Below, in pieces: positions 25,110-38,368 of a stretch of DNA of 64,000 nt. Under the pieces are notes generated by a model. That model ran no database searches, was not told where the DNA came from, and worked only from the letters and a program-made list of their open reading frames with translations. The position numbers and the translations under genes were made by a program. This DNA comes from Octopus bimaculoides. Lineage: Eukaryota. Within the stretch, counting starts at the first letter, position 1. Every line of letters starts with the position of its first letter. Where the stretch lies: NCBI RefSeq assembly GCF_001194135.2, contig NC_068993.1, positions 28,923,536-28,987,535 of the forward strand, in the 5' to 3' direction.

Positions 25110-25785
25110 CGATGGCAGTACTGCTTGACTGGCATCCGTGCTAGTGGAGCGCTAAGAGCACCATCCAAGTGTGATCGTTGCCAGGGCCGCTGACTGGCTC
25201 CACTGCCAGTGGCATGTAAAAAGCACCATTCGAGCGTGATCGTTACAAGCATCACCGTAATGGCACTTGCTTGCGAAGACCTGTTGAGGCAAGTGAAATC
25301 AAAATCAAAATCGATAACTGGCATCCATGCAAGTGGAGTGCTAAGAGCACCATCTGAGTGTGATCGTTGCCAAAGCAGCTGACTGGCTTCTGTGCCGGTG
25401 GCACATAAAAAGTACCTTTCAAGTATGATAATTACCAGCATCGCCTTACTGGCACTTGTGCAGGTGACACATGAAAAAATATATTCAAATTCAAGCAAGG
25501 TTGTTGCCAGTGCCGCTGGACTGGCTCCTGTGCAGGTGGCATGTAAAAAACACTTGAGCGTGGCCATTGCCAGTACCGTCTGACTGGCTCTTGTGCCATT
25601 GGCATGTAAAAGCTCCCACTACATTCTCAGAGTGGTTGGCATTAGGAAGGGCATCCAGCTGTTGAAACTTTGCCAGATTAGATTGGAGCCTGGTGCAGCC
25701 ATCTGGTTCACCAGTCCTCAGTTAAATTGTCCAACCCATGCCAGCATGGAAAGCGGACGTTAAATGATGATGATGATGATGATAT
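25110..25785 (+). mobile_element. RTE 3' UTR (repeat-rich subfamily) with (GAT)n tail into (TA)n
   Basis: Tandem ~55-65 bp units actggc...gtggcacgtaaaaagcacc, then ggttggcattaggaagggcatccagc...ggacgttaaatgatgat. Confidence 0.85.
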
Positions 25786-26786
25786 ATATAATATATATAT
25801 ATTATATAATATATACATATATATATATATATATATAATATAAATATATATATATGATATATACANNNNNNNNNNNNNNNNNNNNNNNNNNNNNNNNNNN
25901 NNNNNNNNNNNNNNNNNNNNNNNNNNNNNNNNNNNNNNNNNNNNNNNNNNNNNNNNNNNNNNNNNNNNNNNNNNNNNNNNNNNNNNNNNNNNNNNNNNNN
26001 NNNNNNNNNNNNNNNNNNNNNNNNNNNNNNNNNNNNNNNNNNNNNNNNNNNNNNNNNNNNNNNNNATATATATATATATATATATATAAATATATATATA
26101 TATAATTTATAATATTAGTACTTAATTCAACGCCAGGGATCCATTTCCAAGTAAGTTTATCTTGACCTTTTTGATGTGACTTTAGACTGTTTCCTTCTTC
26201 CATCCTTCTCTAATTCCCTTTTTCTCCCCTTCCCTGTTTCACCGTTTTCTATCTGTCTCTCTCTCCCTCTCTTTCCTTCTTTTTTTCTCTCTCTCATTGC
26301 TCACACATGACCATTGTCCATCTTTCTTTTTCTCACGTGACCATCTTTCTTTTGCTGCACGGATGTTCAAAGAACTGAACGTTTTCTTTCTCTCTCTTCT
26401 ATCTTTTCTCCTCTCAAAGAAAATATTTCTCCCAGCATTCATTATTCTCCTCTCGTTCTGGTCTAATGACCTTCCATGTTGTTTTCATTCAGTTTCCTTG
26501 TATGTTTCCACTGTCCTGTTTTTGTTCCCAACTTTGACCCTAAATAAATCCTAAATCTTATTCTGGAATTTATGGGAGCAATTGTCTTTGAAGACTTGAA
26601 ATGAGGAGTAGATAGACAGCCGACAACTGATGAAGGGTCGTTCTCTGTGTTTACTTGTCTTGTTTTCCATTTTTTTCTCTCGTTGTTGTGTATTTAACTC
26701 GTTTGTTTTTGTATTTCATGTTGTTTACACAGTTGCTGATGTCCTGTACCCATATATACATATGCATATATATATATACACACATA

Positions 26787-26842
<56 letters not shown>

Positions 26843-27429
26843 NNNNNNNNNNGATGAGAGAGGTAAAGTGTTAACTACTTTAAAGAACTAAAGAGACAGT
26901 TCCAGATACTCTTGAAGTAAAGACTTACATTAGATTAATGTAGTTCAGTGGTGAGGGCTGAAGTTATATTTGTACACACAAATACCCATTTACCTTACCC
27001 TTTTCTTTACTAAGTTGTGAGACATTCTCAAAGAGGTCATTATATGTCAGTAAAATGTATAATTACAAGGAAATATGAATTAACAAGAATCTTTGGTTCA
27101 GACATATATACACACTTTCTTCTTTTTCTCAAACACATACATGCACTCTCTCATCTCTCTCATGCACTCAGTCTTTCTCCCTGCATGCACACATACTTAT
27201 GCTCGAACACACACATACACACACACAGTCTCTCTCTCTGACTTTCTCTTACACACATAAACTTTAAAGAGGAGTGTTAGCAATATGAAATGGAACTTGT
27301 AAATAGCCATAGGTCACATGATTCATGCTATGAAATTTTAGTAGGACTTCATTATACTACTGGGACAAAATCTCAAACAAAAAAATTCACACACACATAC
27401 ACCACGTTATGTTTGCTTACTATTAAGAA

Positions 27430-30400
27430 AAAGTAAAATAAAAAGAAACAACACTGAATGTAAAAATATAACGCAATAAAAATAAAGATACTGAGTGGAC
27501 TACCTACAATTTCATGCTTGGCAAGTAGTGCTGCGTTTGCACATATCTGTGCATTAGCAGCCACAGCATGCCTAAGCCACTATATAGAGGGGACTAGCAG
27601 CAGGTGGAACACCTGATCAGTGAAACACCTGACCAATGGAACATATCCCTTGCACAAGATTTTGATCAAGAGATGCTTTAATCTGATCAAGCAGTAACTG
27701 GGGAAAGACATGACAGTCAGCTGGTAAACAATAATAGAGATGCTGTTGTCATTCAAGACCTCTACCTTGATCTTTTGGGGACAGCTTCCTTTCAGCCCTT
27801 TCTGCATAAGACTGGCCACTCTGTTTGTTACCTTGTTTAAATCCCAATCCACCCGGAGATTGGGACTGAACGAGGCACCAAGTAGTTGAACTGCTCCATT
27901 GGTCAAGCACCCCATGATGCCATCAATGACATGGATCTGCTTTGCCAGGTGCTAAGCTGCAAACCTACCTATTTTCCTGTATTAGTCTTGATCCTAGCCC
28001 CTATCTCATATTCAATGCTGCTTACTATCTCTACTTTGGTGGCATCTGAAACTACGATGTTGATGTCATCTGCATACATTGACATGAATCTCCTGAAAGC
28101 CAGTTTGAAAGGATGCCCAGCTTCAGCAGCAATGGCTTATGAGCCAGCATGCACAAAAACAGCAAGAGCAGGCAGTCCTGATGAAGTGTGTGATGCAAAA
28201 TGGTTCTCAGAGGTGGCTGTTTACTTTAACCACTGAGCAGGTGTTGCTGTGTATTGTAGTGATCCAGCCCCTGAAAATAGGTTTAAACTCAGCTTACAAG
28301 CAATGATGCTTAACCTTTTCAACAGTTTTCAGCTGATGTAAATTGATCAGGGTCCCACTAAAACCAGTTTTTTTCCACTTCTGTCTCTCATGCATTGCAT
28401 AAGGTGGAGACTGTTGAGAATAGATCTGTTCAGAATCACACACATGTGCACTTCCTTAGCTAGATCATCAATGAAAAGTGACAACCTTTTTGCTAATACC
28501 TTTGCCAGAATTTTAAACTTTGTGTGTAGCAAAGTTGTGAGCTGAAAATTGTCCTCTTTGTCAGAATCCTTAGCACCATTATCACTCCAAGGCCCACAGC
28601 ATTAGAAATTCTTCCATTCTGCTGCTAGTTGTGACAGATTCTGCCAAGAAGTTGTCAAACAATTCTGGCATGAACTCAGAATCTGTAGTATAGACCATCC
28701 AAGCCAAGTGGCTTGTAACTTGCACAACTGGTCATTACCATCTGTATTTCAGCAGCTGTTATTGGTTTTTGCAGAACCTCACATCTGCTGGGAGCTGAGG
28801 TAGGCCACCAAGATAGGAAGTAAAGTCTAATGCCCTCTCTGACTCATCATCTGCTCCAAGCTGTCAAGCAAAGTACTGCTTGGAAGTTACACACAATTGC
28901 TCTGAATTGAGTAGCACATGCTTGTCCCAATCTATCAAAGAACTTAATGTAGTTTTGTTGTTACACAATACCATTACAAGTTGGGCCTATTGGACAGCTT
29001 TTGCTCCCTCAAGTTTTAGTACATGAGCCTTAACTCTGACGTTTCACATAAAAAAAATGGCCAAGGACTGGCATAGCAACCATCATGTCTTTACTAAATG
29101 CCTATTCAAAATTGCTAACTAGTTTTTCCTCCCATCAATTTCTTATCATTAGCTCTTCATTAAAGACTATTGATTCTACTCTAATTGCCCTTTTCAGAGT
29201 ACCTCACCACATATACCCCTGTCAAATACCACTTAACCAATTCACTAATCTTGTCCCTGTAACCTTTGAGCACCGTTAAGGATATGTTCAACATCCAGTA
29301 ACTAGTTCCCAAGTTATGAGTCCTACCTAAGTTGACTGAGCAAACTACAAATTTGTTGTCTGTTTGAACTGTAAGCATCCTATGCTGTCCCTGTCCACTG
29401 CCTTTACAAATACTCTAACTAGATATGATCTAGATGACCCACTGCAGTTGCTCTATGTCCACCCTAGCTCATCAGGGTAATCCAGTTGGTATGTCAGAAT
29501 TGAAAATTTCAGAGTAGGTTTTCAGTGCTATTGTACTCCACCCTCTCCAATGTGCTAACTCCACACAGTCCCTCTGTGCATCTAAAATACAGTTCCAATC
29601 CTTCATAAGTAGCAGAGTTTGGGATGACCTCAGGAACACTTCTTGACATCTGCAGAAATTAGGCCATCTCATCCCTGTCTGGTCACAGACAACCACTAAT
29701 CCTCTCTGCTATTCATGTCCAGGATCACCAGCTTACCATTTGTGTCTAGGAAGATTATCTGTACCTTGAGATCAAAGTATTTCTGGAATAAGACTGCCAC
29801 CCAGCTGCCTGATCCCAACAAACCACAAGATGAAAATATCTCTTAGCTGTTGAAATTGGCATGCATGCATGCATACCAAATATCATTGTATCACTGATGG
29901 CTACTACATCTATGCCAAGTGATCTGAAGTCACTGAGCATGTAATCTTACTTCCAAGCTAACCCTCGGCTGTGTAAATTTTATACAGCTAACACTGAGGA
30001 CAACTACGTTTGTCAAAGAGAGAAAGAAAAAGGGAGAGGTCACTAACCCTTGTCCTTGAGGAGATTGGTTAATTCAGCCACCTTGTTGGTGGTGGAAGAG
30101 GTACTGTAATGCATTCCTAAGGTTCTTTTTATAGCTTTTAATCTAAAAAGGGCCAATGTTTGAAGGATATTTTCTTTTAAAATTGCTATGTGTTCATGTT
30201 AATTTGAATTATTAATTCAAATTAACGTGAACACATATAGCCTGTTGGGTTTTTTTGGTGGAGGTGCTTATATACTTGTTGGTATATGTTATTGTAGTTG
30301 ATCCTGTGTTTGTTTTTGTTATAGAGCATTTTTTCTTTGTGATTGTAAATGTGAGTACTGGTTGTGTTGTTAGGATTTAGGTGGTGGTTTGTTGCTGAAG

Positions 30401-30830
30401 GATGGCTTAAATACAGGTATTTTTTTTTTCAATCTTGCTTTCTGACTTTTGATTTGGTTCAGGTTCTTTGAGTTTTTCTTCACCTTTGCTTTGATACATT
30501 TTTTGTGATGGTTTGTCTTGTTCCTTACACGCAAGGAGTTTTCTCAAATTTGTGTCAGAAGGAAGGAAGGGGTGGATCTGTAATTGTGTGTGATTGGATT
30601 CTCTAAGCTGTTGCACATGTAGGTGAGTGACATTCTCATCTGTTAGGCTGGTTGTTGCGGAACAGCTGTTTCCTAGTTCCTACTATGCATCTTCATCAAA
30701 GCTGTTGTTGTTGTGTTGGCTGTTTTCCACTGCAACTGTTGCTGCAGTAGTGGTGCTTTTACTGCTGTGTTTTTAATTGCTGCTGTTATTAGTGTAGCTG
30801 TTGTGGTTGTGATGTTGATGTGGGCAGAGA
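27430..30830 (-). mobile_element. Tx1/L1-clade LINE (copy C), internally deleted and decayed
   Basis: MLSDFRSLGIDVVAISDT, KDWNCILDAQ, WMLN, LHTKFKILAKVLAKRL and YADD-region remnants. An AAC/CAG-rich ORF1 remnant lies at 30660-30830. Confidence 0.85.
30185..30241. repeat. Near-perfect AT-rich palindrome
   Basis: atgtgttcatgttaatttgaatta-t-taattcaaattaacgtgaacacat. Confidence 0.85.
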
Positions 30831-31664
30831 GCCTTTAGGTGAGTTGCTCTTGCATGCATGGCATCTAGATTTTCTGCTTTATACCATGACTTGCAGTTGT
30901 GCCTTGTTTAGCAATTCAAAAACATGGCTTGAAATCTCCAAACCAGTATTAGACCAATTGTACTTGTTATCCATGCTTTATCCATTAAGACTATTCTTTC
31001 CACCCATACTTGCACCTCCCCCCATATAGCAAACATCTATCCACTCCAACACTACATGTCACAACCTCTTTATGCACCACGCCTACCTCATTCGTCCCCC
31101 CCCCCCCNNNNNNNNNNNNNNNNNNNNNNNNNNNNNNNNNNNNNNNNNNNNNNNNNNNNNNNNNNNNNNNNNNNNNNNNNNNNNNNNNNNNNNNNNNNNN
31201 NNNNNNNNNNNNNNNNNNNNNNNNNNNNNNNNNNNNNNNNNNNNNNNNNNNNNNNNNNNNNNNNNNNNNNNNNNNNNNNNNNNNNNNNNNNNNNNNNNNN
31301 NNNNNNNNNNNNNNNNNNNNNNNNNNNNNNNNNNNNNNNNNNNNNNNNNNNNNNNNNNNNNNNNNNNNNNNNNNNNNNNNNNNNNNNNNNNNNNNNNNNN
31401 NNNNNNNNNNNNNNNNNNNNNNNNNNNNNNNNNNNNNNNNNNNNNNNNNNNNNNNNNNNNNNNNNNNNNNNNNNNNNNNNNNNNNNNNNNNNNNNNNNNN
31501 NNNNNNNNNNNNNNNNNNNNNNNNNNNNNNNNNNNNNNNNNNNNNNNNNNNNNNNNNNNNNNNNNNNNNNNNNNNNNNNNNNNNNNNNNNNNNNNNNNNN
31601 NNNNNNNNNNNNNNNNNNNNNNNNNNNNNNNNNNNNNNNNNNNNNNNNNNNNNNNNNNNNNNNN

Positions 31665-31935
31665 TTACAGCTGTTTCAATTTAGCCTAAAAGATCAAATT
31701 ACAATAATCAAATCATTGTATTAGGCAAAATTTTATCAGGCAGGTAGAAAAGGTATACCTTTAGGTTATTAGGTGTTGTTTTCAAATCATCTCATCTGAG
31801 TTTGCTGAGATGATTTGAAAACAACACCTAATAACCTAATGGTATATCTTTTCTACCCCTCTGTTGAGATTTTGTCTAACACAATGATTTAATTATTGTA
31901 ATTTAATCTTTTAGTTTAAATTGAAACAGCTGTAA
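31665..31935. repeat. Fold-back of two ~130-bp inverted arms, each with a degenerate hammerhead motif
   Basis: Arms 31665-31794 and 31806-31935 with an 11-nt spacer; both outer ends carry GAAA-CAGCUG-UA. Confidence 0.85.
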
Positions 31936-32014
31936 GAGAATATGTTGGATTTTTGCAGATAATAAATTACATTAATGCTACTTCTCCATTTTCTAAATTT
32001 TCTTTTGTATATAT

Positions 32015-32966
32015 ATGTATATCATCAACATTGTTTAACGTACGTTTTCCATGCTGGCATGGGTTGGATGGTTTGACTGAGGTCTGGAGAGCCAGTGGCT
32101 GCACCAGGCTCCAATCTGATCTAGCAGTGTTTCTACAGCTGGATGCCTTTCCTAACACCTACCACTCCAAGAGTGTAGTGGGTGCTTTTTTATGTGCCAC
32201 TGGCACAGGAGCTAGTCAAGCAGGCCTGGCATGTATCACATTTGGATGGTGCTTTTTATGTACCACCAGCATGGGAGCCAGTCTGGGGATACTGGCATTG
32301 GCCACATTCAGTTGGTGCTCTTTACGTGCCACCAGTATGGGAGCCAGTCAGGCAGACCTGGCATCAACCATGTTCAGATGGTGCTTTTTACATGCCACCA
32401 GAGCAGGAGCCAGTCAGGGGGAACTGGCCACAGCTACGATATTGGTTTTACTTGATTCAACAGGTCTTCTCAAGCATATTATATCACCTGACGCATCAGG
32501 AGCATTCTTAACAGGGCCAGACATGCGTGGCTGTGACCTCACTTTAGTTTCCGGGTCTTCTCAATCACAGCATATTTCCAAAGGTCCCAGTCTCCTGTCA
32601 TTGCCTCTGTGAGGCCCAATGTTTAAAGGTCATGCTTCACCACCTCATCTCATGTCTTTCTGGGTCTACCTCTTCCACAGGTTCCTTCTACAGTTAGGGA
32701 GTGGCACTTCCTCACACGGCTGTCCTCATTCATTCACAACACATGACCATACTAGTGCAGTCGCCTTTCTTGCCACATTTGATGCTTCTTAAGCCCAACT
32801 TTTCTCTCAGGGCACTTACACTCGGTCGTGTATGCACACTGACATTACACATCCAGCAGATCATACAAGCTTCATTTCTTTCAAGCCTATACATGTCCTC
32901 AGCATTCACGACCCATGTTTCACTGCCGTGTAGCATGGCAGTTTGCACATATGCATCATACAGTCT
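32015..32966 (-). mobile_element. RTE LINE 3' part (ORF2 C-terminus + repeat-rich 3' UTR)
   Basis: AMLHGSETWVVNAEDMYRLERNEA..., GRPRKTW region, UTR subrepeats and tail. Confidence 0.9.
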
Positions 32967-33725
32967 NNNNNNNNNNNNNNNNNNNNNNNNNNNNNNNNNN
33001 NNNNNNNNNNNNNNNNNNNNNNNNNNNNNNNNNNNNNNNNNNNNNNNNNNNNNNNNNNNNNNNNNNNNNNNNNNNNNNNNNNNNNNNNNNNNNNNNNNNN
33101 NNNNNNNNNNNNNNNNNNNNNNNNNNNNNNNNNNNNNNNNNNNNNNNNNNNNNNNNNNNNNNNNNNNNNNNNNNNNNNNNNNNNNNNNNNNNNNNNNNNN
33201 NNNNNNNNNNNNNNNNNNNNNNNNNNNNNNNNNNNNNNNNNNNNNNNNNNNNNNNNNNNNNNNNNNNNNNNNNNNNNNNNNNNNNNNNNNNNNATTCGTT
33301 GTTGTACCGTTTTTGTGGATTTACGTGTTTTTTTTTATCTTTTATGTTTCCCTATCGGGAAGGTAAGGTGAAAAACCTTTTTAACTTTAATTGTGCAATT
33401 GAAACTTTCTTCAAGCCGTTGTAGGCTTTTTCTTGTGCCATGCCCCACAAGAGGGTGGGGAGAGCAAGATTTGTTGTTATTGTGAATTAACTGTTTGTGT
33501 TCGTTGGAGTACCGATTTTATAGATTTATATGTGCTTTTGATTTTTTTACGCTTCTCTATTGAGAAGGTAAGGTGAAAAACGTTTTTGCGCAATTGAAAC
33601 TTTTTTCAAGCCTTTGTAGGCTTTTTTCTTGTGCCACGCCCCCTAAAGGGGGTGGGGATTTGAGCTAATTTTTGGTGAACATTTTACAAACTTGTTTTTT
33701 TGTGTGTCTATAATTTCGACTGAGC

Positions 33726-35099
33726 ATGTTGGTCGAAATTTTAAAAGAAAAAATTCCAAAAGAAAACTCTCTTTATAAGAGTAATGTTAATAGTAAAAAG
33801 TTTTCTGACGTTGCTGTTGTGGAAACGAAGACCATTGTTTTGAACAATGAAGATTTGGAGGAATATTTTTCTAGGATGAAGGAGGAAGATGGGGATATCA
33901 AGATAACGCCCGTATTCGATGTTGAAGAAATAGAGAAAAGAACTGTGGTCTTCAGATCCTTCTGTATGGAAGGAAGACATTTCAAACATCTTAAGGAAAA
34001 TGTTGAGAAATGCCTTGCCCCTGTGTGGAATGATATTACACATATCACAAGGGGCGAGGTTTTCACAACCATTAGTCCGTTTCAAGACAGAGAAGTGGGC
34101 TCTCAAGTACTCGGTTAGCCCCTTGAAGACGAAGGAAGTGACACTTCTGCCCTCTTATAGGGGAAGACGTACTTCCCATGTGAAGGTGACAGAGATGCCA
34201 CCGGAAATAGATCCTCAGGAGGTGATGGCTGCCCCGTTGTACAACAGGACAGACAAAATACAATTCCTTCAGATTTCATGCACTGCCTCCCAATACTGGA
34301 CAGGGCAGAGCATTTCAGCCATCTTCCAGGGGGCACTGGAAGACATTGAAAACCTTCCAGACTGGGTACGCGTGGGTGAAAAAGTTACCCACTAAGTTCA
34401 AGCAGAGGGTAAAAAGGTTACTTGCTTCGAATGTGGAAAAAAAGGCCAAGAAAATAACTGTTACAGACACCAGTCCCCGCAACTATTCAAAACATCCTCC
34501 CCACAAAACCAAATGCTCCCACACCCCCTGTTGTGGTGCCACCCCCAAACAAAGTAATGAAAAGACCCAACCCCAACATTCACAAGCCCCCACATTAATA
34601 AAAAAAACCCACCCTCTTGATTTCTGAGGTACCCTGTGTTTCAAACATAATGTCCCAAGACGACACCATGAAGGTGTTCGAAGGGGAATTTGTGCCAATT
34701 CGCAAACGTTTACATGCACCCTCCCCACCCACATCTCCCACAAGAAAAAAAGACAATCATACACCACAGATAACAATAAAAACCTCGCTCCACCATCCTG
34801 GAAAAAACCCACAAAAGAACAATGAAGAAATAATTTTAACTGAATATGACACTAAAGATGATTATTTGGAAAGACAAATTCCACAACACCATTTGGTGAA
34901 ACTTTTGCATCCAAATAATGACACACATATGAGACATGCCTGGATGGGGATAACCCTATACAGGCAGATGAAAGATAGGTATCCGAGAGGCATAAGGAGG
35001 CTCATAGACCCACCTGAACGCCTGAAGAAGGACAGAAAGGAGGGAGCCGACTCACGTTTGGTGAGGTTGGCCCCTGCATCTCCAAGTAAGGGTAAGTAG
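33726..35099 (+). pseudogene. Tx1-like ORF1 (RRM-like block and partial CCHC knuckle)
   Basis: Frameshifted ORFs 33726/34000/34617; CFECGKKG at ~34425. Confidence 0.7.
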
Positions 35100-35127
35100 A
35101 GCCTTTGTTTTTTTTTTCCTCCGGTTT

Positions 35128-38100
35128 ATGGCTTCACTTAACTTGGGGTGCTTAAATGTACATGATCTGAGCTCGAAGTGGAAGCAAGCTTGCCTCCTTG
35201 ATGCCCTCAGATCACGTGATATACATGTGATGGTTGCTACAGCAACCAAGCTGGACAGTCTACAAACCTTCTCACCCATCCTGAATGGCCATGAGAAAAT
35301 CATGTCTCCTAGCCAGACTGGAGGTCGAGGGCGTGTAGTAGTACTTGTCCAAAAAGGCTTGACTCTACAGACAAGTACAGTCTACATGGACCCTGAAGGT
35401 GGTCTGGTCGTCCTTGATATGACAATACAGTGGTAGAGCCTTCAGGCTGATCGGAATCTATGCACCCTGTGCTAGAGGATTACAAACTGATTTTTATCAG
35501 TGCCTGGAGAACTTTCTCATAACATCGAAAACATTAGTGGTGTTAGGTGACTATAACACTATCGTTGACGCACGCATCAATAGCATTGGCTCGATTGATA
35601 GGAAAACAAACTCACGTCTCATAGATCTGCTTAAGCGATTTCAGCTAGCAGATCGTTACAGACTTGACCATCCGAATGTCCTAGAGTGGACCTGGATGAA
35701 TGGCAACAGAAGGTTCAAGTCTGACTTAGATAGGATAGTGAAAAGAGCTAGAAATAAAGCTAGCTTTAGTTGTCCACAGCTTGTTCCGGTATCCTACACT
35801 GACCATAGAATGGTTAAGTGTAGGCTGAATGTAGATAGAAAGGATCCAGTTACTGGAAGCTGAACAAGTCTATTTTGACTTGTGAGGCATACTGTAGCTG
35901 GATTAAGGAACTAATACAGAGGGCGTTAACCAGCTCCGTGGTTAATAACCGGTGGTGGTTCACCCTCAAAAGTGCCACTCATTTCGAGTCTGTTAGGTTT
36001 AGCCATCAGTTAAGTCTAGACAAGGCGAGAATAGAAGGGAAACTAGTTAAGGACTTAGAGGAGGCTCTGCATCCCACATTTTGGCAGCAAGAACGGCCTT
36101 GGACCGTCACCTCAAAGCAAAACATGAGGGATGTAGAGTTCGTGCCAAAGTGTGAGCATTGGGCCATAAGGGAATTAATGTTGCTGGATGGGCCCATATG
36201 GTAGAAACCAAGCATGGCAATGATGCCACAATTAGGTCTCTGACTGATAACAGTGGGAGTTCAGTTGAAGGATGGAACGAGATGTGTGAGGTGCTTTACA
36301 AGCACTTTGCTGATCAGAAAGGACCCGAGCAAGGGGGACGAGATTAGTAACTTCCGGCCCATAACTCTGCTAAATACAGAGTTAAAGATTTTGGCCAAGG
36401 TGTTAGCAAAAAGGTTGGTGCAGGTCATGGAAGACTTGTAGGGAGGGTGCAAGCTTGCACCATCCCAGGCAGGTCAATCCACGACAATCTCCATCTTCTA
36501 CGCTACACTTTAGAGAGGGCAGGGAACCTTTCTGGCGCAGGAGGGGCACTGGTATATTTAGACCAGTCTAAAATGTTTGATAGAGTCGACCATCGGTACT
36601 TGGCGGCAGTCCTTGAGAAGGCTGACCTGGGCCCGACCTTCCATGGTTGGATTGCTGCTTTGTACAGCAACATTGAGTCTGCAGTCAAAGTGAATGGATA
36701 CTTCTCGAAACTATTCTCTGCTTTTGTATGTACTGGCTCTTGAGCCATTGCTGTGGAAGTTGGAAGCACTAGGGGGCACACCAAATGATCTGTGGTGTGG
36801 AGGTGGAGCTACGGTGTATGCAGATGATATTCCAATCATCATAGCAGATGAGAGCCAACTTCCAGCGGTGGAAGAGGCCATCAAAAGTTACGAGGTGGTG
36901 GCAGAAGCAAAGGTTAACAAGGACAAGTCGGTTGGTTTGCAACTCGGCACCTGGAGAGGCAAGCAGATGACGTCCAATAACTCCGTAGGGCGTTGGACGG
37001 AAGGTCCTGTTAAGCTGCTTGGGGTCTGGTTTGGACCAGACCTCCAGATAGAGAAAAATTAGAGTGAGGTAGCCAGTAAGATCACTGCTCTAACCCAAAC
37101 CTGGTCTGGGTGGGTGTTATCCTTGCTAGGGAAGGCAGAGGTGGTGCAGATGTTTATAGCATCTGTTATCACCTACCTTCTGACCATGGTGCCTTGCCCT
37201 GATTTGTGGCTGAACAAGTTGGAGAGTATCTTTTTCTGCTTTCTGTGGAAAGGAGGAAAGCCTCTTGTGAAGCTCTCTGTCTGCTGCCAGAAGCCACTAA
37301 AGGGTGGGCTAGGGATGCCTTGGCTGAGGATGCAAAAATTCGCGTTAAGGCTGAGACACCTCTGGCTTTACCTGGATGGAGAACAGGTGTGGTCACTGCA
37401 CATCCGGTTCTACCTTAACATCCTTAATAGACATTGGTACATGGATCAAACAGAGACTTAGGCTGGGGGATTAGCAATTGGAGTGCCATCAGGCACTTCA
37501 GCTACTCTCTTGGGCAGGCAATGCCAGCAACAGAAGTTTCACCATGTATTTTTATAGCGGGTTAGTGGGATTCATGTCTGAAGACGCCTTGGTAGAGATC
37601 CTGGGCTATGATGAAAATCAGTTGATCAACCTGTTCAGAAGAATGTTCGGGCTGGGGTATCTGGATAATTACCAGAAATCCCTTGCTTAGCAGTGCTTCC
37701 TGTGGCATTACCGGTTCGTGATAAGCTGTCAAGGCATGGAAGTGCCATCTCGCTGACATGTCCGAGGTGCAGGCAGGACAGGGAGACCGTCTTGCACACA
37801 TTCATGGAATGTCCGGAACTGAAAGTTTTCACAGAACAACTGTTGTCATCGATGGGAAGAGTACAGCTATCAGCTGAGTCCATCATTGAGATTGTGCTGC
37901 CTTCTTCCCTTAGTAGGAAAAGGAAGGCCTGTTTTTGCTGCATGGTAGCCATTTTAAAAGAAATGGCATGGAAGACACGTGTGAAAGGGATTGTGACGGG
38001 TACATTTGTATCCGGCCAAGGGTTGGTCAACTTTTTTAGTTACCACCTCAGCAGCAAGATCAGGCTAGAGAAGAGGTACCTGTCATGTGTGAAATTCGAG

Positions 38101-38151
38101 AAGAGATGGAAGCTTGTGGTAAGAAAGCTGGGAGTGATTGGCACCAAGTAA
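35128..38151 (+). pseudogene. Tx1-like ORF2 pseudogene (APE + RT + CPRC..H..C)
   Basis: LGCLNVHDL, LGDYNTIVDA, NFRPITLLNTELKILAKVLAKRL, LDQSKMFDRVDH, VYADD, KGGLGMP, CPRCRQDRETVLHTFMEC. Confidence 0.93.
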
Positions 38152-38368
38152 GTGGAGCCCTGGAAGAAAAGCAAAGGCCCTACCCTGATGTTGGACGCCT
38201 TTCCTTCGGTGTCACATTGCATAATGCAATTTATTTTATTTTATTTTTTAATTTTTCATATTTTTAATCGATTTATAATAACGCTTTAAGCTACTTCACC
38301 ATGCTATGTTTGTCTGTCTTTGTTTGTCCCTCTGTATTATGCCTGCAAGGCAAATTTATTGAAATAAA

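Larger units (their letters stand above)
33294..38368 (+). mobile_element. Tx1/L1-clade LINE (copy B), near full length
   Basis: Tandem 5' UTR units, ORF1 33726-35099, ORF2 35128-38151, T-rich 3' UTR ending in gaaataaa. Confidence 0.92.

Noticed and set aside
25110-25625. Repeat-spacer-like pattern resembling a CRISPR array
   Set aside because: The units are divergent, the spacers are homologous to each other, the array is part of an RTE 3' UTR, and the context is eukaryotic with no cas genes.
26595-26645. CUGAUGA with an upstream GAAA (possible type II hammerhead)
   Set aside because: Stems I and III cannot be formed, and there is no downstream GAAA.
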